64,000 bases of DNA, from NCBI RefSeq assembly GCF_036365525.1, contig NC_090387.1, positions 89,259,691 through 89,323,690 on the forward strand, written 5' to 3'. Within the stretch, counting starts at the first letter, position 1. Each line of letters starts with the position of its first letter. The position numbers and the translations under genes were made by a program. Under the pieces are notes generated by a model. The model searched no databases. It was given only the letters and a program-made list of their open reading frames with translations, and had not been told where the DNA came from. This stretch comes from Heterodontus francisci. Its lineage: Eukaryota. Of this stretch, positions 46,597 through 59,614 are shown piece after piece.

Positions 46597-47385
46597 TAAA
46601 ATTCATTCATGGGATGTGGGCGACGGTGGACAGGCCACAATTTATTTCCCATCCCTAATTGCCCTTGAGAAGGTGGTGGTGAGCTGCCTTCTTGAACCGC
46701 TGCAGTCAATTTGGGGTATGTATACCCACAGTGCTGTTAGGATTGGAGTTCCAGGATTTTGACCCAGCGACAGTGAAGTAACGGCGATATAGTTCCAAGT
46801 CAGGATGGTGTGTGACATGGAGGAGAACTTGCAGCTCGTGGTGTTCCCATGCATTTGCTGCCCTTGCTCTTCTGGTTGGTAGAGTTCGCGGGTTTGGAAG
46901 GTGCTGTCTAAGGAGCCTGGGTGCATTGCTGCAGTGCATCTTGTAGATGGTACACACTGCTGCCACTGTGCGTCAGTGGTGGAGGGAATGAATGTTTGTA
47001 GATGGGGTGCCAGTCAAGCGGTCTGCTTTGTCCTGGATGGTGTCGAGCTTCCTGAGTGTTGTTGAAGCTGCACCTATCCAGGGAAGTGTAGAGTATTCCA
47101 CCACACTCCTGACTTGCGCCTTATAGATGGTGGACAGGCTTTGGGGAGTCAGGAGGTGAGTGACTCGCCTCAGGATTCCTCGCCTCTGACCTGCTCTTGT
47201 AGCCACGGTATTTTTCTGGCTACTCCAGCTCAGTTTCTGGTCAATGGTAGCCCCAAGGATGTTAATAGTGGGGGTATCAGCAATGGTAATGCCATTGAAT
47301 GTCAAGGGGAGATGGTTAGATTCTGTCTTGTTGGAGATGGTCATTGCCTGGCACTTGGCACGAATGTTACTTGCCATATATCAGC
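46597..47385 (-). mobile_element. Younger family-B LINE 3' portion
   Basis: ORF 46973..47377 has LSTIYKAQVRSVVEYS. Complete tail. Confidence 0.9.
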
Positions 47386-47469
47386 ACACAATCCTGAAGT
47401 TGTGGCCTAATCAATGAGTTGTACAGTTCCAGCATAACCTCCCTCTCTTATAATCCAGCATCCCCAGTA

Positions 47470-48103
47470 TTTTGCTTTTAGTATAGAATACAAAAGCAGG
47501 GATGTAATGCTGGAACTGTATAAAACGCTGGTTAGATCACAACTGGAGTATTGCGTACAGTTCTGTTCACCATCTTACAGGAAGGACATAATTCTTCTGG
47601 TGAGAGTACAGAGGAGATTTGCCAGAATGTTGCGAGGGCTCGAAAGTTGTAGCTATGAAAATAAGATTGGATGGGCCAGGGTTGTTTTCCTTAGAACAGA
47701 GGAGGCAGAGGGGTGGCTGAATTGAGGTGTATAAAATTATGAGGAACCTCGGTCGAGTAGACAGGAAGGGCCTGTTTCCCTAGCAGAGAGGCCAATTACC
47801 AGTGACACACATTTCAGGTGATTGGTGAAAGGATGAGAGGGGACATACGGTAAAACATTTTCACCCAGAGGTTCGTGGGTGTCTGGAATTCACTGCCAGG
47901 AATGGTAGTGGGGGCATAAACGGTCAATTCTTTTAAAAGGTACCAGGGCATGAAATTGAAGTGCAAAAACGTGCAAGGCTATGACCAGTTACTGGAAGGT
48001 GGAATTGGATTGGGTGGCTAGTATTTTTCAGCTAGCAGGGACACGACGGGATGAGTGGCTTCCTTCTGTGCTGTAATTTTTCTATGGTTCTAGGATTCCA
48101 TGT
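47470..48103 (+). mobile_element. CR1 3' fragment
   Basis: LYKTLVRSQLEYCVQF and a ttctatggttctagg tail. Confidence 0.85.
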
Positions 48104-48999
48104 AACAACTTGGCTCGGGTTGCGGCCAGTTCTGGAGCACAAGATTTCAGTACTATTGCTGCGATATTGTCAGAACCTACAGCCTTTGCAGTATTCAATG
48201 CCTTCAGCCGTTTCTTGATATCACGTAGAGTGAATCGAATTCATTGAAGAGCGGCAGCTGTGATCTTGGGGAGCTCAGGAGGAAGCGGAGATGGCTCATG
48301 CTCTCCACACTTCTGGTTGAAGATGGTTACAAATGTTTCAGCCTTGTCTTTTGCACTGATGCGCTTTGCTGCCCCTTAATTGAGGGTGGGGACTTTTGCT
48401 GAGCCTCCTCCTCCGTTTAGTTGCTTATTCCTGGCAATGGCGTCTGGCACCACCGCTCAATCGCTGGCACTATTTGTAAAGGGCTTCAAGCCCTTAGCAA
48501 AGATTTAAATTTTTAAAGGTGTATTCGAATTAGTTTTTAATTAAATAAATACTTAGGAGATGGAGGCCCTTTCCCAAAACCCCCAACGGTCTTTGCATTG
48601 CCCTTAATTAACAGAAGTTAATTTATTCCCAACCCGAACTTCCCCCCCAAACTTTCTCACTTTTGCCCTTCAATCCCTTCCCACCCCTCCAGTCCTGAAA
48701 ATTTTACTCCTCCCACCTCCCCACCAGTCTCTCGCTTGGTACTCCATACTCAGTTCCAAAGACGAGCGAGTTTCGTTCCGCAGCCGTAAAATCGGTGTGG
48801 AACGGCAGCTGCCAGCAGAAACCTATATATTTGGGCTGTTTCTGAACCCGAGGCACTACTCTTGTAGTGTCTCCCATCCGCCCTCCTCCTCTTACCAAAA
48901 AAAAAGGACTCGGTTGTGTGTAGGTAAGGTAAGGCTTTTTCTATTTCTCTTGTTTTATCGTGTGATTGGTTAAAAACTTGGGAATTTAGAATAGTGGGA

Positions 49000-49935
49000 A
49001 TGGAGGTTAAGGCAGTTGAATGTTCCTCCTGCAGAATGTGGGAGGTAAGGGTCGCCAAGGGTGTCCCTGCTGACTGCATCTGCGGGAAGTGCACCCAGCT
49101 CCAGCTCCTCGAGGACCGCGTTAGGGAACTGGAGCAGGAGCTGGAGGAACTTCGGATCATTCGGGAGGCAGAGGGGATTATTGACAGGAGTTATCGGGAG
49201 GCAGTCACACCTCAGGTAAAAGAAGAAGGTAGATGGGTTACCGTCAGGGGAAGGAGAGGGAACCAGCAGGCAGTGCAGGGATCCCCTGTGGCCGTTTCCC
49301 TCAACAACATGTATACCGTTTTGGATACTGTTGGGGGAGACGACTTACCAGGGGTAGGCAATGGGATACAGGTGTCTGGCGCAGCGTCTGTCCCTGTTGC
49401 TCAGAAGGGAAGGGGTAAGAGGAGCAGAGCATTAGTCATTGGGGACTCCATAGTTAGGGGAACAGATAGGAGGTTTTGTGGGAACGAGAGAGACTCACGG
49501 TTGGTGTGTTGCCTCCCAGGTGCCAGGGTACGTGATGTCTCGGATCGTGTTTTTGGGATCCTCAAGGGGGAGGGGGAGCAGCCCCAAGTCGTGGTACACA
49601 TAGGCACCAACGACATAGGTAGGAAGACAGATGGGGATTTAAGGCAGAAATTCAGGGAGCTAGGGTGGAAGCTTAGAGCGAGAACAAACAGAGTTGTTAT
49701 CTCTGGGTTGTTGCCCGTACCACGTGCTAGCGAAGTGAGGAATAGGGAGAGAGAGGAGTTGAACACGTGGCTGCAGGGATGGTGTAGGAGGGAGGGTTTT
49801 GGTTTCCTGGATAATTGGGGCTCTTTCTGGGGTAGGTGGGACCTCTACAAACAGGATGGTCTTCACCTGAACCAGAGGGGTACCAATATCCTGGGGGGGA
49901 GATTTGCTAGTGCTCTTCGGGGGGGTTTAAACTAA
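49000..49935 (+). CDS. CR1 ORF1p: zinc finger/leucine zipper plus SGNH (GDSL-like) esterase
   Basis: CSSC..CGKC, heptad LLEDRVRELEQELEEL, GDS, GTND and DGLH. ATG at 49000, uninterrupted to TAA. Confidence 0.9.
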   Translation: MEVKAVECSSCRMWEVRVAKGVPADCICGKCTQLQLLEDRVRELEQELEELRIIREAEGIIDRSYREAVTPQVKEEGRWVTVRGRRGNQQAVQGSPVAVSLNNMYTVLDTVGGDDLPGVGNGIQVSGAASVPVAQKGRGKRSRALVIGDSIVRGTDRRFCGNERDSRLVCCLPGARVRDVSDRVFGILKGEGEQPQVVVHIGTNDIGRKTDGDLRQKFRELGWKLRARTNRVVISGLLPVPRASEVRNREREELNTWLQGWCRREGFGFLDNWGSFWGRWDLYKQDGLHLNQRGTNILGGRFASALRGGLN

Positions 49936-49973
49936 TTCAGCAGGGGGATGGGAACCTAAATTGTAGTTCCAGT

Positions 49974-52815
49974 GTGCAGGATGTTGAGAGTAGTGAGGTC
50001 AGGGATAAGGTTATAAGGGCACAAGAGGGCACTGGCGAGCAAGAGCTTGGTTTAAAATGTGTCTACTTCAACGCCAGGAGCATCCGGAATAAGGTGGGTG
50101 AGCTTGCAGCATGGGTTGGTACCTGGGATCTCGATGCTGTGGCCATTTCAGAGACATGGGTAGAGCAGGGACAGGAATGGATGTTGCGGGTTCCGGGATT
50201 TAGATGTTTCACTAAGAACAGAGAAGATGGTAAAAGAGGGGGTGGTGTGGCATTGTTAATCAAGGAAAGTATTACAGCGGCAGAAAGGACGTTTGAGGAC
50301 TCGTCTACTGAGGTAGTATGGGCCGAGGTTAGAAACAGGAGAGGAGAGGTCACCCTGTTGGGAGGTTTCTATAGACCTCCAAATAGTTCCAGAGATGTAG
50401 AGGAAAGGATAGCAAAGGTGATTCTTGACAGGAGCGAGAGTAACAGGGTAGTGGTTATGGGGGACTTTAACTTTCCAAATATTGACTGGAAATACTATAG
50501 TTCGAGTACTTTAGATGGGTCAGTTTTTGTCCAGTGTGTGCAGGAGGGTTTGCTGACACAGGATGTAGACAGGCCAACCAGGGGCGATGCCACATTGGAT
50601 TTGGTACTGGGTAATGAACCCGGCCAGGTGTTAGATTTAGAAGTTGGTGAGCACTTTGGTGATAGTGATCACAATTCGGTTAGGTTCACCTTAGCGATGG
50701 GCAGGGACAGGCATATACAGCAGTGCAAGAATTATAGCTGGGGGAAAGGAAATTATGATGCGATTAGGCAAGAGTTAGGATGCGTAGGATGGGGAAGGAA
50801 ACTGCAGGGGATGGGCACAATCGAAATGTGGAGCTTATTCAAGGAGCAGCTACTGCGTGTCCTTGATAAGTATGTACCTGTCAGGCAGGGAGGAAGTTGT
50901 CGAGCGAGGGAGCCGTGGTTTACTAAAGAAGTTGAAGCGCTTGTCAAGAGGAAGAAGAAGGCTTTTGTTAGGATGAGACGTGAAGGCTCAGTTAGGGCGC
51001 TTGAGAGTTACAAGCTAGCCAGGAAGGATCTAAAGGAAGAGATAAGAAGAGCAAGGAGAGGACACGAGAAGTAATTGGCGGATAGGATCAAAGAAAACCC
51101 TAAGGCTTTCTATTGGTATATCAGGAATAAAAGAATGACTAGAGATAGGTTAGGGCCAATCAAGGATAGTTGTGGGAAGTTGTGTGTGGAATCGGAGGAG
51201 ATAAGGGAAGTGTTAAATGAATATTTTGGGTCAGTATTTGCAGTGGAGAAAGAAAATGTTGTCGAGGAGAATACTGAGATACAGACTACTAGGCTAGATG
51301 CGATTGAGGTTCACAAGGAGGAGGTGTTAGCAATTTTGGAAAGTGTGAAAATAGATAGATCCCCTGGGCCAGATGGGATTTATCCTAGGATTCTCTGGGA
51401 AGCCAGGGAGGAGATTGCAGAGCCTTTGTCCTTGATTCTTATGTCGTCATTGTCGACAGGAATAGTGCCGGAAGACTGGAGGATAGCAAATGTTGTCCCC
51501 TTGTTCAAGAAGGGGAGTAGATACAGCCCTGGTAATTATAGACCTGTGAGCCTTACTTCGGTTGTGGGTAAAATGTTGGAAAAGGTTATAAGAGATAGGA
51601 TTATAATCATCTTGAAAAGAATAAGTTCATTAGAGATAGACAGCACGGTTTTTTGAAGGGTAGGTCGTGCCTCACAAACCTTATTGAGTTTTTTGACAAG
51701 GTGACCAAACAGGTGGATGAGGGTAAAGCCGTGGATGTGGTCTATATGGATTTCAGTAAGGCGTTTGATAAAGTTCCCCACGGTAGGCTATTGCAGAAAA
51801 TACAGAAGTATGGGATTGAAGGTGAATTAGTGCTTTGGATCAGAAATTGGCTAGCTGAAAGAAGACAGAGGGTGGTGGTTGATGGTAAATGTTCATCCTG
51901 GAGTATAGTTTCTAGTGGTGTACCGCAAGGATCTGTTTTGGGGCCACTGCTGTTTGTAATTTTTATAAATGACCTGGATGAGGGTGTAGAAGGGTGGGTT
52001 AGTAAATTTGCGGATGACACTCAGGTCGGTGGAGTTGTGGATAGTGCCGAAGGATGTTGTAGGTTACAGAGGGACATAGATAGGCTGCAGAGCTGTGCTG
52101 AGCGATGGCAAATGGAGTTTAATGCGGAAAAGTGTGAGGTGATTCTCTTCAGAAGGAGTAACAGGATTGCAGAATACTAGGCTAATGGGAAGATTCTTGG
52201 TAGTGTAGATGAGTAGAGAGATCTTGGTGTCCAGGTACATAAATCCCTCAAAGTTGCCACCCAGGTTAATAGAGCTGTTAAGAAGGCATATGGTGTGTTA
52301 GCTTTTATTGGTAGGGGGATCGAGTTTAGGAGCCACGAGGTCATGCTGCAGCTGTACAGAACTCTGGTGCGGCCGCACCTGGAGTATTGCGTGCAGTTCT
52401 GGTCACCGCATTATAGGAAGGATGTGGAAGCTTTGGAAAAGGTGCAGAGGAGATTTACTAGGATGTTGCCTGGATTGGAGGGAGGTCTTACGAGGAAAGG
52501 CTGAGGGACTTGAGGTTGTTTTCGTTAGAGAGAAGGAGAAGAAGAGGTGACTTAATAGAGACATATAAGATAATCAGAGGGTTGGACAGGGTGGATAGTG
52601 AGAGCCTTTTTCCTCGGATGGTGATGGCAAACACGAGGGGACATAGCTTTAAGTTGAGGGGTGATAGATATAGGACAGATGTTAGAGGTAGTTTCTTTAC
52701 TCAGAGAGTAGTAGGGGCGTGGAACGCCCTGCCTGCAAAAGTAGTAGACTCGCCAACTTTAAGGGCATTTAAGTGGTCATTGGATAGACATATGGATGAA
52801 AATGGAATAGTGTAG
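49974..52815 (+). pseudogene. CR1 ORF2 (APE endonuclease-reverse transcriptase), disrupted
   Basis: Consecutive ORF pieces 49974..51074, 51075..51656, 51653..52180, 52295..52504 and 52510..52815. Confidence 0.9.
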
Positions 52816-53936
52816 GTCAGATGGTTTCACAGGTCGGCGCAACATCGAGGGCCGAAGGTCCTGTACTGCGCTGTAATGTTCTATGTTCTAATTCTCCACC
52901 ACCATTCACGACTGGATGTGGCACGACTGCAGTGATTAGATCTGATCCGTTGGTTGTCGGATCATTTTGCCCTGTCTATCGCATGCTGCTTTCACTAGTT
53001 GGCATTCATGTAGTCCTGTGTTGTAACTACACCAGGTTGCAACTTCATTTTTAGGTATGCCTGGCAATGTTCCTTGCACTTTTAATTAAACCAGGGTTGA
53101 TCGTCTGGTTTTCTGGTAATGGTAGACTGGCGGATATGCTGGACCATGAGGTTACAGATTGTGGTTGAATACAATTCTGCTGCTGCTGAAGGCCCACAGT
53201 GCTTCATGAATGCCCAGATTTGTGATGCTCGACCTGTTCAGGAACTATTCTATTCAGCACGCCGGTAGTGCCACACAGCACTCTGGAGGGTATCTTCAAT
53301 GTGAAGACGGGACCTTGTCGCCACAAGAACTGTGCTGTGTTCTCTCCCACTACTACTGTCATAGACAGATGCATCTGTGACAGTTGATTACTGAAGACGA
53401 GTTCAAGTAGGTTTTTCCCTCTTTTTGGCTCCCTCATTACCTGCCACAGACGCTGTCCGGCAGCTATGTCATTTAGGGCGTGCCCAGAACGATCAGGAAT
53501 GGTGCTGACGAGCCACAGTTCGTGATGGACTTTGAAGACCCCCAACAAGCGTACGTTCTGTAACCTTATCACCCTTAGAGCTGCATCCAAGTGGTGTTCA
53601 TCATGGAAAATAACTCATTCACCAGCTGAGGGAGGCTGGTAGATAGCGATCAGCCAGAGCTTTCTGTGCCCATATTTGACCTGACGCCATGTGACGTCAA
53701 AGGTTTCAGAGTCCCAGGGAAGCTCCCTCACCACTCTATACCGCTGTACCACCACCTCTGCTGGGTCTGTCCTGTCACTGGGACAGGACATACCCAGTGA
53801 TGGTGATGGCAGTGTCTGGGAATTCATTGCAAGGTACGATTCCTTGAGTCTGACTATATCAGGCTGTTGGTTGACTAGTCTGTGGGGCAGCTCTCCCAAT
53901 TTTGACACAAGCCCCCAACACTCAATGCGAAGAAGG

Positions 53937-54520
53937 GAGTTTGGTAAGTGATGGCGTTTTAAGGATTAATCTTTTTTAATCTAGATTTTTTGTTAAAATT
54001 TAGCAATTAACCAAAATTACGTTTAATTTAGAGACAAATTAGCTTCCTCTAGTTTTAAACAGGGGTATGCAAGCTCTCAGAGTAGCTATTGCTAATTAAT
54101 TAGGTAGCTAGTTTATCCCAGTTTCTGAGCAAGAGCAAATCTGATTCATCATTGTTTTCAAGGTGTATAAAGTCAGCAGTTACTGAATGGGGTTTGTCTG
54201 TACTGAGTGTGAAGGATTGAGTTTGGTAAGTGATGGCACTTTAAAGACTAACTTCTCTGGACATTTTTTAAAATTTGAATGTAGCAATTCACTAAAAATT
54301 ATTTTTAAAGTTAAGAGGCACGTTAAGCTTCTTACAATTTTAAACAGGGGTGTACAGCCTAACAGTTGTAGTTAGTTAATTAGGTAGCAAGGATAAACTG
54401 TTTTCTGAGCTCTATCATCATTGTTTTCAGAGAGCATAAATTCAGGGGTCGCTGAGTTCTGCTTGAGTGCACAGAGTATGAAAAAAGTATTTTGCTGAGT
54501 GAGGGAGTTCGGTAAGGAGG
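53937..54520 (+). repeat. About 284-bp tandem repeat (just over 2 units) at the CR1 5' end
   Basis: gagttyggtaag at 53937, 54219 and 54505. Shared ttttaaacagggg, ttaattaggtagc and catcattgttttca. Confidence 0.75.
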
Positions 54521-57034
54521 GAAACTATAAATTAATTCAGAAAACATCGATTTAATTTAATTTAATTGAGGGAGAGAGGGAGAGTTCCCCGGGAATAAGA
54601 GCGAGATGAGTGGGGCTAGCTGCTGCTGCCGCTGCCGCCGGTCTGCCAGCGTTTGGAATGAATAATCCAGGTGTGGCATTACAAGGTAGGTGATTGACTA
54701 GGTGAGAATTTGGATCTACAAATAGCGAGAGAGGGAGGTGAGGGTGATGAGGCACAAGGAGCTAGTTGGTGAGCATCCGGTGGGTATTTTCTTACTTTCT
54801 TATTGATTTTTTGACTGATTTTTATTTTTTTTCTATAGCATTTAAATCTAGCTAGTAAGTAGAAGCTGAAATGCCATTAGTCGGTAGGCGGCTACTCGTT
54901 TGTTCATTCTATTTATAACCATTTTACTGTGTTTATTTAACTTGTAATTTTAGTGCATTAAATAAAGATTTCGAGCCATTGCAGGGCTGCTCACATCCGT
55001 CGCGTGCACATCATGTGCCATGTTGGGACTTCAGGAAACTACCGACAATGGTTGCATGTGCAAAAAGTGCTACTGAATGCAAGAACACGACTGCCGAAAC
55101 TTGGAACTCGAGGAACAGCTGGAGTCACTGAGTTGCTTTCGCAAGGATGCAAGATACGTTCATAGCACGTTTCAGGAGGTGGTCACCCGCAGCATAACAC
55201 AGCACAAGCAGAGAGGGATTGTCTGGCTGCCAGACAAACGAAAAGGAAAAGGCAGGTGGTGCAGGAGTCCCTAGAGGGCATCCCACTTTCTGACCAGTAT
55301 TCAATTCTGACAACCGATGGGATAGTGCAGTAAGAGTTGTGACCAGAGAACCATGGGTGACTCGGCTGTGCAGAGAGGAAGGAGAAAACACAGGAGAACA
55401 ATAGCGGTAGAGATTGTATAGTTAGAGGAACAGACAGATGATTCTGCAGTGGTAGATGTGATTGCATTTTGGTATATTGTCTCCCTGGTGCAAGGGTCAT
55501 GGATATCACCGTGCAGGGCTAGTGTTACAGCCAGATGTCATGGTCCACATTGGTACCAAGGATATAGGTAGAAAGAGGAATGAGGTCCTGCAGGCTGAGT
55601 TGAAGGAGCTAAGAAATAAATTAGCAAGCAGGACCTCGAGGGTAATAATCTCTGCATTACTGCCAAGGCTATGTGCCAGTGAGTATAAACATAGAAGAAT
55701 AAACCAGATAAATGCGTGGCAGTAGAGATGGTGCTGGACGGAGGGCTTCAGACTTCTGGGGCACTGGGGGCGGTTCTGGGGAAGGTGGGGCCAGTACCAG
55801 GCGATGATCAACACCTGAACAGGACAGGGATGAATATCCTTGCAGGAAGATTTGCTGGTGCTCTTTGGGATGGTTTAAACGAGATTGGCAGGAGGATGTC
55901 AACCTGACGGCGGTGTCATATAGGACAAATTCAGAGCAGGGAATGGGAGGCAGAAAATTAGCGAGTGATTCTGAAAGACAGAGGAAGCAAAGTTTAAAAA
56001 GTGCACAGCACCTGGAATTTGGCAGTTTTAAAAGGTATTTATTTAATTGTAAGGTGTATTGCAAATGACGCTGATGGGCTGAGGACACATTGCAGCATGG
56101 TATCCTTGCTATAAGGGAAACTTGGCTTAAGGAGGGGCATAAATGACAGCTGAACATTCCTAAATGTAGAGTTTTTGGGCAGAATAGAGAAGGTGGTAAA
56201 AAGGAGGGGGTGTAGCATTATTGGGTAAAGAATCAATTACAGCCGTAAGGAAGGATGATGTGCTAAATGAATCATCATATTAAGGCATATGTGTTGAGCT
56301 CAGAAATAAAAAGGGGCAGTCACAATACAAGGAGTGTACTATAGACCCCTAACTAACAGTAGGACGATAGAAGAACAGCTATGTAGGCAAAGTTCTGAGC
56401 GCAAAAACAATAGGACAATAAGCATTAGGGATTTCAACTATCTGAATAGCAACTGGATCCAAACAGTGTGAAGGGCACAAAGGGCACAAAATCATTGAAC
56501 TGTATTCAAGAGAAATTATTTAGCCAGCACTTAGCTAGCCCAACGAGAGGGGGCCGAATTCTAGATTTAGTCTTTGGAAATGAAGCCGGGAAAGTGGATG
56601 AAATGGCAGTAGGTAGCTCATTTAGGAAATTCTGACCATAATACAGTTATATTTAGCATTATTATGGAAAAGGACAAAGACAGAACAGGAGTAAGAGTTC
56701 TAAATAGTGAGAAGGCAAATTGTACAAAGCTCAGAGGTGAGCTGGCAAAAATGGACTGGATACAGCTACTTGAAGGAATATCAATGACAAACCAATGGGG
56801 GATATTCAAAAGCGAGATTATACGGGTGCAGTTTAGATATGTCCCTACAAAGAAAAAAGGTAATACTGCCAAATCTAGAATTCCCTGGTTATCTCGAAGT
56901 GTGAGATAATGCAGATAAAGGAAGTTTATGAGTCACAAAAAACATAATACTTTAGAAAGCCTTGAGGAGTGTCGAAAGTGCTGGGGTGAAGTAAAAACGG
57001 AAATTTGGAAGGCAAAGAGAGGACATGAAAAATA

Positions 57035-57065
57035 ATATATATATATATATATATCTATATATATG
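57035..57065. repeat. (AT)n microsatellite
   Basis: Direct read. Confidence 0.85.
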
Positions 57066-57505
57066 CAGGTAAAATCAAGGAAAACCCAAACATGTGTTAT
57101 CAGCACATAAAGAGCAAGTGAATAACTAAAGAAAGTGTTGGGCTTATCAGAGATTTACAAGGTAACATGCGTGGATGCGGAAGATGTGGGCATGGTTCTT
57201 AATGAGTATATTGTTTTAGTCTTCACAAAGGAGAGTAAGATGCAGACATTGTCGTTAAAGAGCAGGAGTGTGAAATATTAGGTACGATAAGAATAATGAG
57301 AGAAGACCTAGTAGAGGGTCTGACATCCTTGAAAGTGGAGAAATCACCAGGGCCGGATAGATTGAAGAAAGCCAGGGGGGGAAAGAGCAGATGTGCTGAG
57401 GATCATTTTCAAATCCTAACTGGTTACAAGCGAGGTACCAGAGGATTGGAGGTCTGCAAACGTTGTACCATTGTTTAAAAAGGGTACAACGAAGAGTCCA
57501 AATAA

Positions 57506-57622
57506 TTATTTTATTTTTAATTTTATTTAGAGATACAGCATGAAGTAGGCCCTTCGGCCCACTGAGTCTGTGCCGACCATTAACCACCTATTTATACTAA
57601 TCCTACACTAATCCCATATTCC
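57506..57622 (-). mobile_element. 5'-truncated V-SINE tail
   Basis: tagagatacagc..ggcccttcggccc..tttatactaatcctacactaatcccatattcc, matching 9797-9892. Confidence 0.85.
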
Positions 57623-57989
57623 AAAATTAGGTCACTGACATGAATCAAAGGGTAATGATCAAGGGATGTTTTTGCGAATGGAAAGCAATTTCCAGTGCCT
57701 TTCCAGAGGACTCAGTGTTGGATCCCTTGTTGTTTCTGGCAAATATTAATGATTTGGAGTTAAATGTGGGAGGCCTGATTGGGAAATTTGCATATGACAC
57801 AAATGTTGGTCGTGAAGTTGATAATGAAGAGAATAGTTGTAGACTCCAGAATGATATCAATGGTTTATTTGAGTGGGCAGAAAAGTGGAAAATGGAATTC
57901 AATCTAGAGAAGTGTGATGTAATGCATTTGGGGAGGGCAAACAAAGCAAGTAAATACACAATAAACAGGAAGATGTTGAGGGGGTAGAC

Positions 57990-58455
57990 GAAGCCTGGGA
58001 TGGAACATTTAAGCTATGATGAGAGGTTGGATAGGCTTGGGTTGTTTTCGCTGGAGCAGAGAAGACTGAGGGGTGACCTGATCGAGGTGTACAAGATAAT
58101 GAGGGGCATGGACAGGGTGGATAGGGAGCAGTTGAAGGGTCAGTTATGAGGGGTCACATGTTTAAGGTGGGGAGCGGGATGTTTAAGGGGGATTTGAGGA
58201 AGAACTTTTTTACCCAGAGGGTGGTGACGGTCTGGAATGCCCTGCCTGGGAGGGTGATAGAGGCGGGTTGCCTCACATCCTTTAAAAAGTGCCTGGATGA
58301 GCACTTGGCACGTCATAACATTCAAGGCTATGGGCCAAGTGCTGGCAAATGGGATTAAGTAGACAGGTCAAGGGTCTATAATGCATCGGTGTAGACTTGA
58401 TGGGCCGAAGGGTCTCTTCTGCACTGTGTTATTCTGTGATTCTGTGATTCTGTGA
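57990..58455 (+). mobile_element. Nested CR1 3' fragment of a different subfamily
   Basis: RGHMFKV..FFTQRVVTVWNALP and (TTCTGTGA)n tail. The host CR1 resumes afterwards. Confidence 0.8.
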
Positions 58456-59614
58456 AGTGAGAGACCTTAGAGTGCATATCCACAGGTCCACTGGCCCCTG
58501 AAGGTGCAAGGAGACGTAGCTAAGGTGGTGAAGAAGGCATATGGAATGCTTTCCTTTATTGGCCACGGTATAGAATACAAAAGCAGGATGTAATGCTGGA
58601 ACTGTATAAAACGCTGGTTAGGAAGTAGCTGCAGTATTGAGTGCAGTTCTGGCGACGACATTATAGGAAGGACATAATTGCTCTGGAGGGAATACAGAAG
58701 AGATTTACAAGAATGCTGTCAGGGCTTAAAGCTTGCAGCTGAGAGAAAAGTTTGGATAGGCTAGTGTTGGTTTCCTTGGAACATAGGAGGTTGAGGGGTG
58801 AATTATTTGAGGTTACCAAATTATGAGCGGCCTGGATAGGGTAGGCAGGAAGGACCTGTTTGTTCCAACGGCTGTGTCAATTACCAGGGTGGGGGGGATG
58901 TTTTAAGGTGGTTGGTAGAAAGATTAGAGAGGACATGAAGAAAAATCTTTTCACCAAGAGGGTAGTGGGTGTCTGGAATTCTCTAGCCAGTTCGTTAGAG
59001 AAGGCAGAAACCCTCAGCTTATTTAAAAGCTACCTGGAACTGTACCTGAAGTGCTGTAACCTGGAAGGATATGGACCAGGTGCTGGAAGGTCAGAACTGA
59101 ATGGACATCGAGTGTTTTTTTTTCAGCCAGCGCAGAAAGGATGGGTTGAATAGCCTCCTTTTGTACCCTAACTGTTCTATGGCTCTATGGTTCTACATTA
59201 GTAGGGAGGACGTTGCAGGGTCCACATGGCTGGGTGTGCTCTTGTCATTTCCGGTGCCTAGGTTTAGCCAGGTGATCTTTCCAGGGCCATTCCTTATAGA
59301 CTTTTCTCTAGCGGTTTGGTACAACTGAGTGACTTGCTCGGCCATTTTAAGAGTCAGCCACAGTGCTATGGGTTTGGAGTCACACTTGGGCTGGTCCAAG
59401 TAAGGACAGCAGATTTCCTTCCCTCAAAGAATAGACTTTACAACAATCAACAATGGCTTCATTGTCAACATTACTGAGACGAGCTTAGCTAATTCCATCA
59501 ACTGCCATTGTGGGATTTGAACTCCTGTCTCCAGAGCATTAGTCTGGGTCTCTGGGTTGTTAGTCCAGTGACCAATGATGATTAATACTATGCCACTGTT
59601 TTGTTTTCAATTGT

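Larger units (their letters stand above)
48431..52879 (+). mobile_element. Full-length CR1 LINE (intact ORF1, ORF2 with a few stops/frameshifts)
   Basis: 5' region, ORF1, APE (49974..51074), RT fragments and a TTCTATG tail. Confidence 0.95.
53921..59195 (+). mobile_element. Old full-length CR1 with long repetitive 5' region, containing nested insertions
   Basis: ORF1 remnants (VMVHIGTKDIG), APE/RT remnants and tail ttctatggctctatggttcta. Confidence 0.8.
48104..59600 (-). mobile_element. Family-B LINE in three pieces (48104-48430, 52880-53920, 59196-59600), split by two large CR1 insertions
   Basis: The pieces rejoin: agttgctta|attctccaccacc and gcccccaaca|cattagtagggagg. APE remnant ORF 53615..53908. 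tRNA-like head at 59505-59600. Confidence 0.8.
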
